From the NCBI GenBank assembly GCA_002502685.1, contig DAQA01000008.1:73882-133209 (forward strand): a DNA stretch of 59,328 nt, read 5' to 3'. The stretch comes from Euryarchaeota archaeon UBA202 (GTDB taxonomy: Archaea; Thermoplasmatota; E2; UBA202). Of the stretch, positions 1-10,231 are shown piece after piece. Position 1 is the first letter of the stretch, and each line of letters starts with the position of its first letter. The notes below the pieces were generated by a model that was not told where the DNA came from, did no database searches, and was given only the letters and a program-made list of their open reading frames with translations. The position numbers and the translations under genes are program-made.

Positions 1-876
1 AGGTTGTGGAGAATCATCTTTCTGTTTACTATAACTTTTCAATTGAGATTGCACTGCCTGTGCTTGTAGATGCGCCTTTGCAAATAGGGATTTTGCTGTT
101 TCAGGTATTAATATATTACAATATTTAGCTACGGTCACTACATCACAGTAAGCTTTTCTGAGTAGTGGTGTAATGGTTGCCGTAGTAGTATAACCTATCT
201 TGAGAGCTAAATTAAATGATCCCCATGCCGCTTGTTGAAAATTCGAGAGTATCTGATCTGAATCAACTTTAAGTATATCTGGAGTGAATATCATCTCGTT
301 TTCATAGACAGCGCGTAAATCAAGTCCAATCTCTCGGGGGAAAATCTCTAAACGGGTTAACATTTTAGCGACGTCGACGGGTATTTTTTCTCCTTTTTTC
401 ACAAGGGTTTTTGTCTGCTTTATGACCACTGCCCCGCCTTCAATGGCTGCAGGTATGCCAGCACTTTGTAATTCTCCCACTATGGGGCCCGGTTTAAAGG
501 GTGTTTCTCCTTTTTCTATAATGATGTCCTTTTGCGCGGTTTCTCCGCCTTTTGCAGGAGCTTTTGTTTTTGTTCTTTCAATTTCTTTATAGAGCCGAAA
601 TGGGTTTTTTTCTGTGGCAATAACAGCGGTCTCTCCATCTATTGCCTCACTAATTTTTTCAATTCCTTTTATTTTGCTTCCAACCTGTTTTAGGGCCAAT
701 GATAATAAGGTGTTTTTTGTTACTCTCAGTGCTGCTATCCCTTGCAATCCATTCCTCATTTGTTGCAGTTGTGGAGCTGGAATATTACTAATATTAACTA
801 TACCTACCACGGGATTTTCTAATATCATCTTGGTAAGTGTCGTAATTTCACCAGTTTTCCATTCTGCGACAGCCAT
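1..876 (-). CDS. rplP0: 50S ribosomal protein uL10 (P0/L10), runs off window start
   Basis: Not in the ORF track. Manual translation from ATG at 876 gives MAVAEWKTGEI...NIPAPQLQQMR...KNTLL...APAKGGE...TPFKPGPIVGELQSAGIPAAIEGG, open to position 1, directly downstream of rpl1. Confidence 0.95.
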   Translation of the reverse strand, partial: MAVAEWKTGEITTLTKMILENPVVGIVNISNIPAPQLQQMRNGLQGIAALRVTKNTLLSLALKQVGSKIKGIEKISEAIDGETAVIATEKNPFRLYKEIERTKTKAPAKGGETAQKDIIIEKGETPFKPGPIVGELQSAGIPAAIEGGAVVIKQTKTLVKKGEKIPVDVAKMLTRLEIFPREIGLDLRAVYENEMIFTPDILKVDSDQILSNFQQAAWGSFNLALKIGYTTTATITPLLRKAYCDVVTVAKYCNILIPETAKSLFAKAHLQAQAVQSQLKSYSKQKDDSPQP

Positions 877-883
877 TCTCGTA

Positions 884-1510
884 TCACCCAATTTTTATTG
901 GTGGCCCCATGGTTGTTTTCACATAGGAGGAGGCCACGTTCATTTGTCCTCGTTCAAGTTTTGATTCCACGCGGTTCATCACTGCTTGGATATTTTCAGC
1001 AATCTTTTTTGGGTCCATGTCTTCTTTTCCAACAGTACAGTTGAGTGTTTTTTTATCCCTGGAGCGGATACGAATGCTATTCTGCAATCTTTTCGCAATT
1101 GGGGCTAAGTCGGTGTCTGCTGGAAGAGGTTTGGGCATTTTTCCCTTGGGTCCCAATATTTTTCCCAGGCTTTTTCCCACTGTTGCCATGAGGGGCATTT
1201 CTGCCAGGAAAAAGTCAATGTCATCAACAGTTTTTTTTGCCTCCTTTTTATTTTTTGTCAGGTCTTCAATATCTTCTGGCTGAATTACCATATCACAAAT
1301 TTTTTTTGCTTTAACTGCTGTTTCTCCAGAGGCAAAAATTCCAATTTTCCCTTTTCTCCCTTTTCCATAGGGCAATAGAATTTCTTCATCAATCCTATTT
1401 GCAGGATTACTCATATCAATATTTTTAAGATTAATATATAAATCAACTGATTGGGTGAATTTATGTTTTGAATCGAGTGCTTCTTCTAACGATTTTACAA
1501 TATCACTCAT
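884..1510 (-). CDS. rpl1: 50S ribosomal protein uL1
   Basis: KFTQSVDLYINLKNID, LGKILGPKGKMP and YVKTTMGP motifs. Confidence 0.97.
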   Translation of the reverse strand: MSDIVKSLEEALDSKHKFTQSVDLYINLKNIDMSNPANRIDEEILLPYGKGRKGKIGIFASGETAVKAKKICDMVIQPEDIEDLTKNKKEAKKTVDDIDFFLAEMPLMATVGKSLGKILGPKGKMPKPLPADTDLAPIAKRLQNSIRIRSRDKKTLNCTVGKEDMDPKKIAENIQAVMNRVESKLERGQMNVASSYVKTTMGPPIKIG

Positions 1511-1793
1511 TTTGGTAGCTATCCGAATGTATGTCTGTTATATAAATATTTGTTGGAAACGAAACAGTATCCATATTTATTATTTATCCTGGATTCTATC
1601 AAGTAAAAAAGGGTTAATTATTGCTTTATCTAGTCAGGTGACATTATGGTCTACCCTTGTTTTTTTCCCTATATAACCACCGTTCTCTTTTTTTTGAGAT
1701 ACCAAAATGATATCATTAATCTAGTGTTCTCCTCCTTTTTTTCTCTTGGAAAAAATACATATATATTTTTTGTTTGTATAACCAGGTTTAGGA

Positions 1794-2381
1794 ATGCTGA
1801 AAATAAAAAACGTTGTTGATTGTGCGTTTAGACTCGCTGAAAGTGCTCTTACCCGGGTAACACAATTTGCAGATTTATACACAGGGTATTATCAGCATAT
1901 GATCAGGGATGAATCATCCATGGCGCGCATTTCGTCTTCCACCTCTGTTTTGCATATCGGATGTGGTGCAATCCCCAATACGGCTGTTACCCTTGCTCGT
2001 CTTACAGAGGCGAAGGTGATCGCTGTAGATAATGATCCTGATGCAGTGAAAAAAGCGATATGTTATGTAAAACAGGTTCACATGCAAAAACATGTACATA
2101 TCAAGACAGGTGATGGTATGGCCTATCCTGTACGAAATTTCGGGGTCATCATTATTTCCCTGGGTGTAGAACCCATTGAGAAAGTATTACGCCATATTGC
2201 AATCTCTGCAGACCCGAATACAAAAATCATCTACAGACAGACACGATATGGCAAACACACCCCCATCCCTCGTGATATTTTTGTTGTAAAACACCGAGTG
2301 AAGCATCATATGTTCCGCATATTTTCCTTTACCGAGGCTCTCTTATTGGTCAAAAGGGATGTCTCAGAAAAAAATATATAA
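1794..2381 (+). CDS. Class I SAM-dependent transferase, nicotianamine-synthase-like
   Basis: VLHIGCGAIPNTAVTLA...VIAVDND resembles the NAS family motif (FIGxGPLPLT); short, and appears to lack the N-terminal helical part of NAS. Confidence 0.65.
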   Translation: MLKIKNVVDCAFRLAESALTRVTQFADLYTGYYQHMIRDESSMARISSSTSVLHIGCGAIPNTAVTLARLTEAKVIAVDNDPDAVKKAICYVKQVHMQKHVHIKTGDGMAYPVRNFGVIIISLGVEPIEKVLRHIAISADPNTKIIYRQTRYGKHTPIPRDIFVVKHRVKHHMFRIFSFTEALLLVKRDVSEKNI

Positions 2382-2408
2382 GAAACCATCCATGCAACAT
2401 TACTGAAG

Positions 2409-3725
2409 ATGGACATAAGTTTGATATTCCCTCGCATTGAGCATGGCGTCACCACCCGGAGTGACCGGGGTTCCTGGGGCTCCATAATCTTTGGCTATCC
2501 GCAAATAACGCTCCCTCACCTTGCTGGAATGACACCCCGGGAGCATTCCGTGGAGCTTATCAATGAAAATTATGAAAATATTGATTTTGATAAACCCGTT
2601 GATTTGGTAGGCATCACCTCCTATACCATGACAGCTCCTCGTGTTTATGCTATTGCTGATAGGTTTCGAGAAAAAGGAGTAAAGGTAGTCCTTGGCGGAT
2701 ATCATCCCTCGGCGTTGCCCCAGGAAGCGATACAGCATGCCGATAGTATTGTTATTGGTGAAGCAGAACTGAGCTGGCCTCAACTATTAATGGATTACAA
2801 GAAGGGGAAATTAAAAAAATTCTATAAAGCTGATGCCTTGATAGAAGCAGAAAAAATACGTCCCTTGAGGCGGGACCTTATTAAACACATGCCCATCCTG
2901 GGGGGTATCCAATCCACGCGGGGATGTCCGCATGGTTGTGAATTTTGCGCCATTACAAATTTTTTTGGGGGACGAACGGTACGCTATCGCCCTGTTGAGA
3001 ATGTTATTGAAGAAATCAAGGCAATGCCCAACAAAGTTTTTCTTTTTCATGATCCCAGTTTAACCATAAACCCCACTTATACAAAATCTCTGTTAAAGCA
3101 AATGAAAAAATTACACAAGGGATGGGTTGCCAATGCCAATGCCAACATCCTTGCCAAAGATGAAGAATTACTCAAATTAGCTGTGGATGCAGGATGCATC
3201 GCCTGGTTTGTGGGTTTTGAATCAGTATCACAAAAAAGCCTTAAAGATGTTGCAAAAAACTGTAACAAAGTGGAAGAATTCAAAAATACAGTACAAAAAG
3301 TACAGAAATATGGAATGGGTGTCCAGGGGGGGATCATCTTTGGTCTAGATCACGATGGCCCAGATATTTTTGATAGCACCCTTCAAGCCCTCCAAGATTG
3401 GGGTATTGATGCTGCAGAGATTAACATATTAACACCCTACCCGGGGACACCAATCTATGAACAATTCGTACAACACGACAGGCTTCTTAACAAGGACTGG
3501 TCACGCTATAACCAAGTAGATGTGGTGTTTAAGCCCAAAAACATGACCGAAAAAGAGCTCTATGAAGGAGCACGCCATGTAGCCAAAAATTTTTATTCCC
3601 CCCTTAAACTTATTAAAAGAATCTGGGGGAACATCACCATGGCCACAAGTTTACCCTCTCTTTTTGTGTTACCCGGTATCAATCTTTCATATCAAAGATA
3701 TTATAAAAGAGACTATGCCTTCTAA
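2409..3725 (+). CDS. B12-binding domain radical SAM protein
   Basis: N-terminal cobalamin-binding domain (DLVGIT...VVLGGYHPS...IGEAE), TRGCPHGCEFC CxxxCxxC motif, GFES, TPYPGT. Confidence 0.92.
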   Translation: MDISLIFPRIEHGVTTRSDRGSWGSIIFGYPQITLPHLAGMTPREHSVELINENYENIDFDKPVDLVGITSYTMTAPRVYAIADRFREKGVKVVLGGYHPSALPQEAIQHADSIVIGEAELSWPQLLMDYKKGKLKKFYKADALIEAEKIRPLRRDLIKHMPILGGIQSTRGCPHGCEFCAITNFFGGRTVRYRPVENVIEEIKAMPNKVFLFHDPSLTINPTYTKSLLKQMKKLHKGWVANANANILAKDEELLKLAVDAGCIAWFVGFESVSQKSLKDVAKNCNKVEEFKNTVQKVQKYGMGVQGGIIFGLDHDGPDIFDSTLQALQDWGIDAAEINILTPYPGTPIYEQFVQHDRLLNKDWSRYNQVDVVFKPKNMTEKELYEGARHVAKNFYSPLKLIKRIWGNITMATSLPSLFVLPGINLSYQRYYKRDYAF

Positions 3726-4531
3726 CAAAATTTCAGTATCCGTTGAATCTTTTTGGGTAACTCTGGGACCGATTTTCCCATGTACCAATCCTTCACATAC
3801 CTGGTACAATACCTAGAGGCATCAGCTATCAATTTATCCCCCATGTGTTCGGAAGCATCCGCTGGGTTTCCAATATACCCCTGGGTAGCTCCCAGTTCCT
3901 TAATTGTCTTATATGCTGTCTTAATGGTCTCAAAATTACTGGGTACCACCGGGGAAAGATAGTGATATTTTTCATCCAACAACTGAGGATGATAACGGAG
4001 AATATATGATGTTTCTTGTTCGCCAGCATGAGTAATCTCTTGTTTGTCCTGTGTATAAAAGAAACGGGAAAGAGGTTCACACATCCGAATTTTGTTTCCC
4101 CTCTGCGCCTTTTGTATTGCCTGGGTTATTGCCTTTAAGTGCTTAAAATCCATATGAAATGTCCATATGATTAGATACTTGAAACCCTGCTGGCCCAATG
4201 ATCTAGAGATATCAAAGAGAACATTTCTAACGGTTTTTTTTTGTACCGAAATGGTCCCCGGGAAATCAGCTGTTGGTTTTGCTACCCCAATGGGGATTAT
4301 GGGCAAGACAAGACACCGTACATTCGGCAGATCTTTCTGAAGATTTTTTGTTACTTGTTCTGCCACCATTTTTGATATAAAAATATCAGTGCCCACGGGT
4401 AAATGGGGTCCATGCTCCTCCAAAGGACTGATGATCAGAGAAATAATTGTTTCCTCTTTTTTTAGTTCATCCAAATCCCTCCAATTTTCTTCTTCAAATC
4501 GTAAAGGATTCTTATTCATTATCTCTGTCAT
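3722..4531 (-). CDS. Creatininase/creatinine amidohydrolase family protein
   Basis: LEEHGPHLPVGTD, FPGTIS, HAGEQETS and GYIGNP motifs. Confidence 0.88.
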   Translation of the reverse strand: MTEIMNKNPLRFEEENWRDLDELKKEETIISLIISPLEEHGPHLPVGTDIFISKMVAEQVTKNLQKDLPNVRCLVLPIIPIGVAKPTADFPGTISVQKKTVRNVLFDISRSLGQQGFKYLIIWTFHMDFKHLKAITQAIQKAQRGNKIRMCEPLSRFFYTQDKQEITHAGEQETSYILRYHPQLLDEKYHYLSPVVPSNFETIKTAYKTIKELGATQGYIGNPADASEHMGDKLIADASRYCTRYVKDWYMGKSVPELPKKIQRILKFC

Positions 4532-4752
4532 TCCCTAATAGCTTTTATAGTGTGTGATAAAATCCAGAACCACACCAATAAAAAAATAGTGACATATGAC
4601 GGAGGGATTTTTTTTTTTGTTGTAAATAATCTATTTATTTTCCTCGTTAAAGCTACATATATTAAACATTACCTATTATCACCTTCGAAAAATGTTCCCC
4701 TAATAAACAATACCCTTTTTTTGGATAATAATCCAGGGGGGTCATCAAGTCA

Positions 4753-5787
4753 TCATGCTTTTTTCTGGGGCTCAATAATCACCTTGATAGATTTTCGTCC
4801 TTGAGCAACAAGATGAAAACCCTTCTCTACCCTCTCTAAACCAAATCTATGGGTTATCATATCCTTGACATTCACTGCGCCACTGTGGATTACATCAAGA
4901 GCTGTCATATGATCAGCCGGGCTTCCTGCATATGAAGTGGTAAAGGTTACATCATTACGCCAAAAAACATCATTCACTGACAGGGGTATTGTTACACCCT
5001 TATCCGTAGGTGCAAAAAACAGGACAGTTCCTCCTCGTTCAACGGAGTGTAAAGCCTGCATGATCGCTGGTACCGCTCCCGTACATGTTATAATCAAATC
5101 AGCTCCTCTCCCGTTATTTACCTCCCGGATTTTGTGAGGTATATCCTCCTGGGCATGCCATACCTCATCAGCACCAAACTTTTTAGCCATCTTTAAGCGA
5201 TACTCATCAATATCGGTTGCCATGACATGTGTTGCCCCCAATGTACGGGCAAGTTGTATATGCAGCAATCCTGCAATACCACTCCCCATCACCAATACAC
5301 TTTGACCTGCCTTTATCTTTGCTTTTTGTTGAGCCCGGAGAGCACAGGCAAGGGGTTCAATAAAGGTTGCTTGCTCCAAAGAAACACTGTCGGGAAGAGG
5401 ATAGATACCTCGGTCAACATTAATGGGTGGCAGACGTACATATTCTGAAAAACCGCCGGGATCAAAATTTGTTGACCTAAGGGTGCCACAGGTTGTATGA
5501 TGTCCATGAAGACAGTAATAACAGGTATTACAGGGTACATGATGGGATGCAGAGACTCTGTCGCCCACATGATATTTTTTTATTTTTGCCCCAACTTTCT
5601 CAATCTCGCCACCAATTTCATGGCCCAAAACAAGAGGAACTTTATCGATGCGGTACCATTCCATTACATCACTTCCACAGATCCCACTGGCATAGATTTT
5701 CACTAATACCTCAGTGTCTTTAATCTGTGGAATAGGTTGTTCCTCGATACGGATGTCATTGTTTCCATAATACATCGCTACACGCAT
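4753..5787 (-). CDS. Zinc-dependent (MDR) alcohol/polyol dehydrogenase
   Basis: GICGSD, LGHE, CNTCYYC...C structural Zn site, EPLAC, GSGIAG; probable start MRVAMYY at 5787. Confidence 0.92.
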   Translation of the reverse strand: MRVAMYYGNNDIRIEEQPIPQIKDTEVLVKIYASGICGSDVMEWYRIDKVPLVLGHEIGGEIEKVGAKIKKYHVGDRVSASHHVPCNTCYYCLHGHHTTCGTLRSTNFDPGGFSEYVRLPPINVDRGIYPLPDSVSLEQATFIEPLACALRAQQKAKIKAGQSVLVMGSGIAGLLHIQLARTLGATHVMATDIDEYRLKMAKKFGADEVWHAQEDIPHKIREVNNGRGADLIITCTGAVPAIMQALHSVERGGTVLFFAPTDKGVTIPLSVNDVFWRNDVTFTTSYAGSPADHMTALDVIHSGAVNVKDMITHRFGLERVEKGFHLVAQGRKSIKVIIEPQKKA

Positions 5788-5876
5788 GAGGTGAACAAGT
5801 GCTCTCAACTTTTAAACTTTATTTCTCAATATATACTAGACTAAATCAAAAATGAGAGAGTACTCACTGATTGACT

Positions 5877-8171
5877 CTAAGAAAATATTTGTGTGCTCAA
5901 GCCGAAGATTTTTGTTGTTGCTTCTGCGTTATTTCCCGCTGCGTCATATCCAATGACCTTGATGGTGTGCAAGCCACCAGGCGGCCGGTTTTCTGTCCAA
6001 TAAAAGGGTGCTGTTTCGTCCACATGGACCAGTTTGTCATCTAAATAGAAGTGTGCCTGGGCAATATCCCCGTCCACTTCCACCTGGATTTTTCCCATGA
6101 CGATTGCACAATCTATCCAGTTGGTTACGGCCACCCGTCTGTTAAAGATATAGATCTCTCCCTTTTTTGGTTGCTGTATCTCTACAGAGGGGGGTGTGAA
6201 ATCAAAGATACAGGATGTATCACGGATACTGGGTGGTTTTTCAGTGTAATTACTCGTTTTAAGTTGTGTATAGAACTCGTAATTTCCTTCGTTTTCCGGG
6301 AGGAAGTACCAGGTATAGGGTTCTTTGTCACGACTTTCGTAATATGTCCATCTTCCGCCATAGAATATTTTTTGACGGTAGTACAAATCAACGGTTATAT
6401 CTATATTGGTGTCGGTGATATTTGCTGTGATGATTATCTCATCATTTGAGTTTTCTTTGCTTATAGAAGCCCTGGACGTTAGGGGCATGGGAGGAAGGGA
6501 TAAACTGGGATCACCCAGGAGGTTATATTCAATGAGGGTTAAATAATCATGTGCATTGAAGAATGGATGGGTAATTAGATAATCCAATTTAGCGGTTGTA
6601 AAAAGTTCCCCTATGGTCTTTCCTCCATCATAATAGGCCTTAAAAAATGCTTTGTCAAGGTAACCACTCAGCGCATTTTCGACACTCTTTCCTAAATAAA
6701 CATAGGCGATACGGCTGCTTCCCGCATAGGCAATGGCTCCCCCGTTTGAGTTTAAAAGGAATTTTTCCCCGATGCAGTCAGTATCATCAAATTGATTTGT
6801 TGAGCATGACAAGGCGAACACAATGGGCAGATAGGTATTTGTTAGAGAATCAACATTGGAGCTGCCAAAGCTCCCTGATTCCCATCCCATTCCATGGGGA
6901 TATCCATGGGCTGCAAAATTGACAAAAAGTCCACCTTCATTGATTGCGTCACTGATAGTGGTTGCCGTTGCTGTATGGTCTCTCTGATAATAGTCAGTTT
7001 CATATAATTTAATGCTTTCCATATTGCTTTGGTTGCTGACTACCTCTTTTATGTATTCCCCCTCTGGTTCTTGGGTATCCCACGCTAATTCTGTCCCCAC
7101 CAGTATTGATCTTAGGGGCGGGGTTTCATACATTTGTATTTTATCAACTAGGATTTGCAGTTCTTGTTCGGTGCTCGCCGGAAGTCTAGCAATATGCACA
7201 TCAGGATAGACATCGGGTTTATCGTCATGTCGTTCCCCATAATATCCATCCTCGTCCTTATCCCAGGATGAATATGAACCATTACTCTGATAGATATCGG
7301 CATAATAGAGATCACAAGGTACCAATCCAATGGTGGTATTTACATAGGGAACAGGCAGGACATCAGCATCCCCCACCAACATAACAGACTGGATACCCCA
7401 TTTTTCTATTGCATCCTTAATAAAATATTTAATTTTGGCTATGTCCTCCTTGTTTTCTAAAAACACATATTCTTTATCATATATTTCAGAAAGGGACACA
7501 ATATATGTATCCATACCAATCCCCTCCTTCTCCTGTTTTAGGCCTTCTAGTTTTCCTTTCCATTCCTCAGGAGTGATAATCAATAATCCATGGGTATCAT
7601 TTGTCTGGGTAACTATGCTTGGAAGCTCATAGTCTATCGTGATATCAAAATCGGGGATATAGCGAACCATGTTTCGTACTGGATTATATTGAATGGGGAA
7701 TAAATGAATTGATAAAAACAGCTGTCTTTTTTCTCCATATATCCCCATCCCCATGGTATGTATTGAATATGTTGAGGGATAAAAGCTATCGTTTGTGTAC
7801 AGGGCCCCTTCCTGAGTAGGAAGAGCTATATTTTTATTGGTTATGGAATAAACCGGGGGTGTTGGAATAATTTTTTTTGGAAGAATAATTGTTTCAAGAT
7901 TTTTGGGTTTCACCGTTACCCCCTTTATTTCTGTACCTGGAGGAAATGCATATGTTTTGGTGTTATAAGGAAGGATTGGTGAGCCATCATTATATAAATA
8001 TAACGAACCGATTTCATCAGGAAGCATTATCTGGCAATACTCGCCATAATCACTGATTATTAGGCTGGTATTGTTGGGCATCTCGGCATGGATAAGGGGT
8101 AAAAAAAGAAGAGTAATAAAAAACGCAATAATTTTTTTCATGGTGTAAACCCTTGGTGGAGATATAAACAC
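5877..8171 (-). CDS. Secreted C25 (gingipain) family cysteine peptidase with propeptide and C-terminal Ig-like domain
   Basis: Signal peptide MKKIIAFF..., propeptide, VMLVGD, DLYYAD, catalytic AHG and SCST, GAIAYAGSSR, YNLLGDPSL, Big-like C-terminus (AYDAAGN-like). Confidence 0.9.
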   Translation of the reverse strand: MFISPPRVYTMKKIIAFFITLLFLPLIHAEMPNNTSLIISDYGEYCQIMLPDEIGSLYLYNDGSPILPYNTKTYAFPPGTEIKGVTVKPKNLETIILPKKIIPTPPVYSITNKNIALPTQEGALYTNDSFYPSTYSIHTMGMGIYGEKRQLFLSIHLFPIQYNPVRNMVRYIPDFDITIDYELPSIVTQTNDTHGLLIITPEEWKGKLEGLKQEKEGIGMDTYIVSLSEIYDKEYVFLENKEDIAKIKYFIKDAIEKWGIQSVMLVGDADVLPVPYVNTTIGLVPCDLYYADIYQSNGSYSSWDKDEDGYYGERHDDKPDVYPDVHIARLPASTEQELQILVDKIQMYETPPLRSILVGTELAWDTQEPEGEYIKEVVSNQSNMESIKLYETDYYQRDHTATATTISDAINEGGLFVNFAAHGYPHGMGWESGSFGSSNVDSLTNTYLPIVFALSCSTNQFDDTDCIGEKFLLNSNGGAIAYAGSSRIAYVYLGKSVENALSGYLDKAFFKAYYDGGKTIGELFTTAKLDYLITHPFFNAHDYLTLIEYNLLGDPSLSLPPMPLTSRASISKENSNDEIIITANITDTNIDITVDLYYRQKIFYGGRWTYYESRDKEPYTWYFLPENEGNYEFYTQLKTSNYTEKPPSIRDTSCIFDFTPPSVEIQQPKKGEIYIFNRRVAVTNWIDCAIVMGKIQVEVDGDIAQAHFYLDDKLVHVDETAPFYWTENRPPGGLHTIKVIGYDAAGNNAEATTKIFGLSTQIFS

Positions 8172-8232
8172 TGACTACAAAAACTTTTTTATGACATGAA
8201 ACACTATTTTTTACAGCAATAGCTACCTTTTT

Positions 8233-9024
8233 TTACCGGCTTTTTTTGTTTCCCCTGATAAAAATCTCATATGCTTCATCTGGAGTGGCATCTTCATGAA
8301 CTATGGAACGGACGGCTTTTATCATGGATATGGGTGATGTGGATTGAAAAATGTTACGGCCCATATCCACACCAATAGCGCCCATTTGGAGAGCATCATA
8401 GGCCATCGTGAGAGCTTCTTTTTCAGGCATTTTTTTTCCTCCAGCTATAACAATAGGGACTGGGCATGTCTCAACCACTTTTTCAAAGCCTTTACAAAAA
8501 TAGGTCTTCACAATATGTGTTCCTAACTCTGCAGCCATTCGTGATGCCAAGCTTAAATATCGGGCATCCTTTACCATGTCTTTACCCACGGCAGTGACCG
8601 CAAGAACAGGTATCCCATAATTTTCAGCTTCATCAATAACTCGTGTTAAACCAAGAAGGGTATCTCTTTCAAAGCTTGCTCCTACCATAATAGAGAAGGC
8701 AACACCTGCGACATTTAGACGAACAGCATCCAGCATGGATGCTACTATGCCTTCATGTAAAAGCTCGTTACCAATGATACTGGTCCCTCCCGATACCCGG
8801 AGCACAATGGGTATATCGGTGTCAGGGGGTATATAATTCCGTAATGCCCCCCGTGTCAGCATTAATGTATCGGCATAGGGAAGAAGAGGATTTACTGTTT
8901 TATCCAATTGTTCCAGTCCTGAGGTTGGACCCATGAAGTAGCCATGGTCAACGGCCAACATAACCGTATGTCCCGTATCAGGTTTAATTATTCTTGCTAT
9001 CCTATTTTTCATCCCCCAATCCAT
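8233..9024 (-). CDS. lsrF: LsrF-like class I aldolase/thiolase
   Basis: MDWGMKNRIARI, MLAVDHGYFMGPT, Schiff-base VKTY, IAGGKK, GVDMGRNIFQ. Confidence 0.85.
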   Translation of the reverse strand: MDWGMKNRIARIIKPDTGHTVMLAVDHGYFMGPTSGLEQLDKTVNPLLPYADTLMLTRGALRNYIPPDTDIPIVLRVSGGTSIIGNELLHEGIVASMLDAVRLNVAGVAFSIMVGASFERDTLLGLTRVIDEAENYGIPVLAVTAVGKDMVKDARYLSLASRMAAELGTHIVKTYFCKGFEKVVETCPVPIVIAGGKKMPEKEALTMAYDALQMGAIGVDMGRNIFQSTSPISMIKAVRSIVHEDATPDEAYEIFIRGNKKSR

Positions 9025-9165
9025 ACTATCATTTCTCCAATAATTTTTTTATAAAATAACAGATAATATTTAAAATCTTCCCATGAGATAACAACCAGAG
9101 ATGGGTTACTACTCCATTTGGTAAAAAAATTATTGGTGCATAAAACAAGTCGGTCACCAGGATCA

Positions 9166-10032
9166 TTATCTTCTATAGCGTGCTTTGTAGCCACAATCAC
9201 AGATTATATCCTTGTCGAAATGGAGTTTTTTTCCACATTTTGGGCAAGTCAAATCCTTTGCCAAAAGAGATAACCAGGCATCCCTAACATCGAGCACATC
9301 TGCTTCTTTTGCCCTTTCCAATATCTTTTTTCCTCTTTGAGTGGCAACTAAGCTCTCCAGATGCCCAAAATTAATTGTACTCCTAGTTGGGGAACTTTTT
9401 TTTCTAATCATAAGCGCAGCAAGGACTATCCCTGTCACTAATCCACCCAAGTGGGCTTCATGTGCCACACCCTGGGTTATACCTGATACTACATAGAGTG
9501 TTTCCAATCCTGCAAAAAGAAGAGCTGCAAAAATAACCGGCATTCGAATAAAAAGAAATAAGGGGATAAAAACTTGTGTCCGAGGATAGGATGCAGCAAA
9601 AGCACCAAGTATTCCAAAGATTGCACCGGACGCGCCACCCAGTAATATAGCTTCGTTTAGGTGAAATAGTGAAAACAAGAGTGTTGCACAGATACCGGTT
9701 ACAAAATAGATAATAATAAATCTTTTTTTCCCGATGAGTGATTCAAAGGTTGGACCAATCAATAAAAATACAATCATATTCATCAGAATATGTCCGATGT
9801 CAAAGTGTATGAACATGGAAGTAAATAAGGTGTATAATTTGGTGGGTTCATCTAGATAAATAGCGCGGAATCCCAGATCATAGAGAATTTGGCTGTTCTC
9901 GGAAAATAGTGTCAGAATGAAAATTAAAAAATTTGCGATAACGATAAGTTGAGAAAATTGGACATTTTTTCTCAAACCATAGGCTAGACAAGCCATTATT
10001 ATCCCTATTGCTAAAAAACTTAGTATGGACAT
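9166..10032 (-). CDS. Rhomboid intramembrane serine protease with C-terminal zinc ribbon
   Basis: TSMFIH...HILMNM, GASGAIFG, AHEAHLGG; C-terminal CPKC...CDC. Confidence 0.92.
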   Translation of the reverse strand: MSILSFLAIGIIMACLAYGLRKNVQFSQLIVIANFLIFILTLFSENSQILYDLGFRAIYLDEPTKLYTLFTSMFIHFDIGHILMNMIVFLLIGPTFESLIGKKRFIIIYFVTGICATLLFSLFHLNEAILLGGASGAIFGILGAFAASYPRTQVFIPLFLFIRMPVIFAALLFAGLETLYVVSGITQGVAHEAHLGGLVTGIVLAALMIRKKSSPTRSTINFGHLESLVATQRGKKILERAKEADVLDVRDAWLSLLAKDLTCPKCGKKLHFDKDIICDCGYKARYRR

Positions 10033-10231
10033 GTTTTTTCGCGAATTTTTTTTCTCAACCCTTTGTTTTTATTACTATTCGTCTTCTCTTCTTTTTTATA
10101 TCTTATATTCTCTTTCTGCAATGATTACTATTTCTATGTCTTGGTGGGGAGGACACGGTGTATTATTTTTTTCACTATTATTTTTCCAGGGAAATAATCG
10201 TCATGGATTAATTAATTGGGTATTAAAGTTA

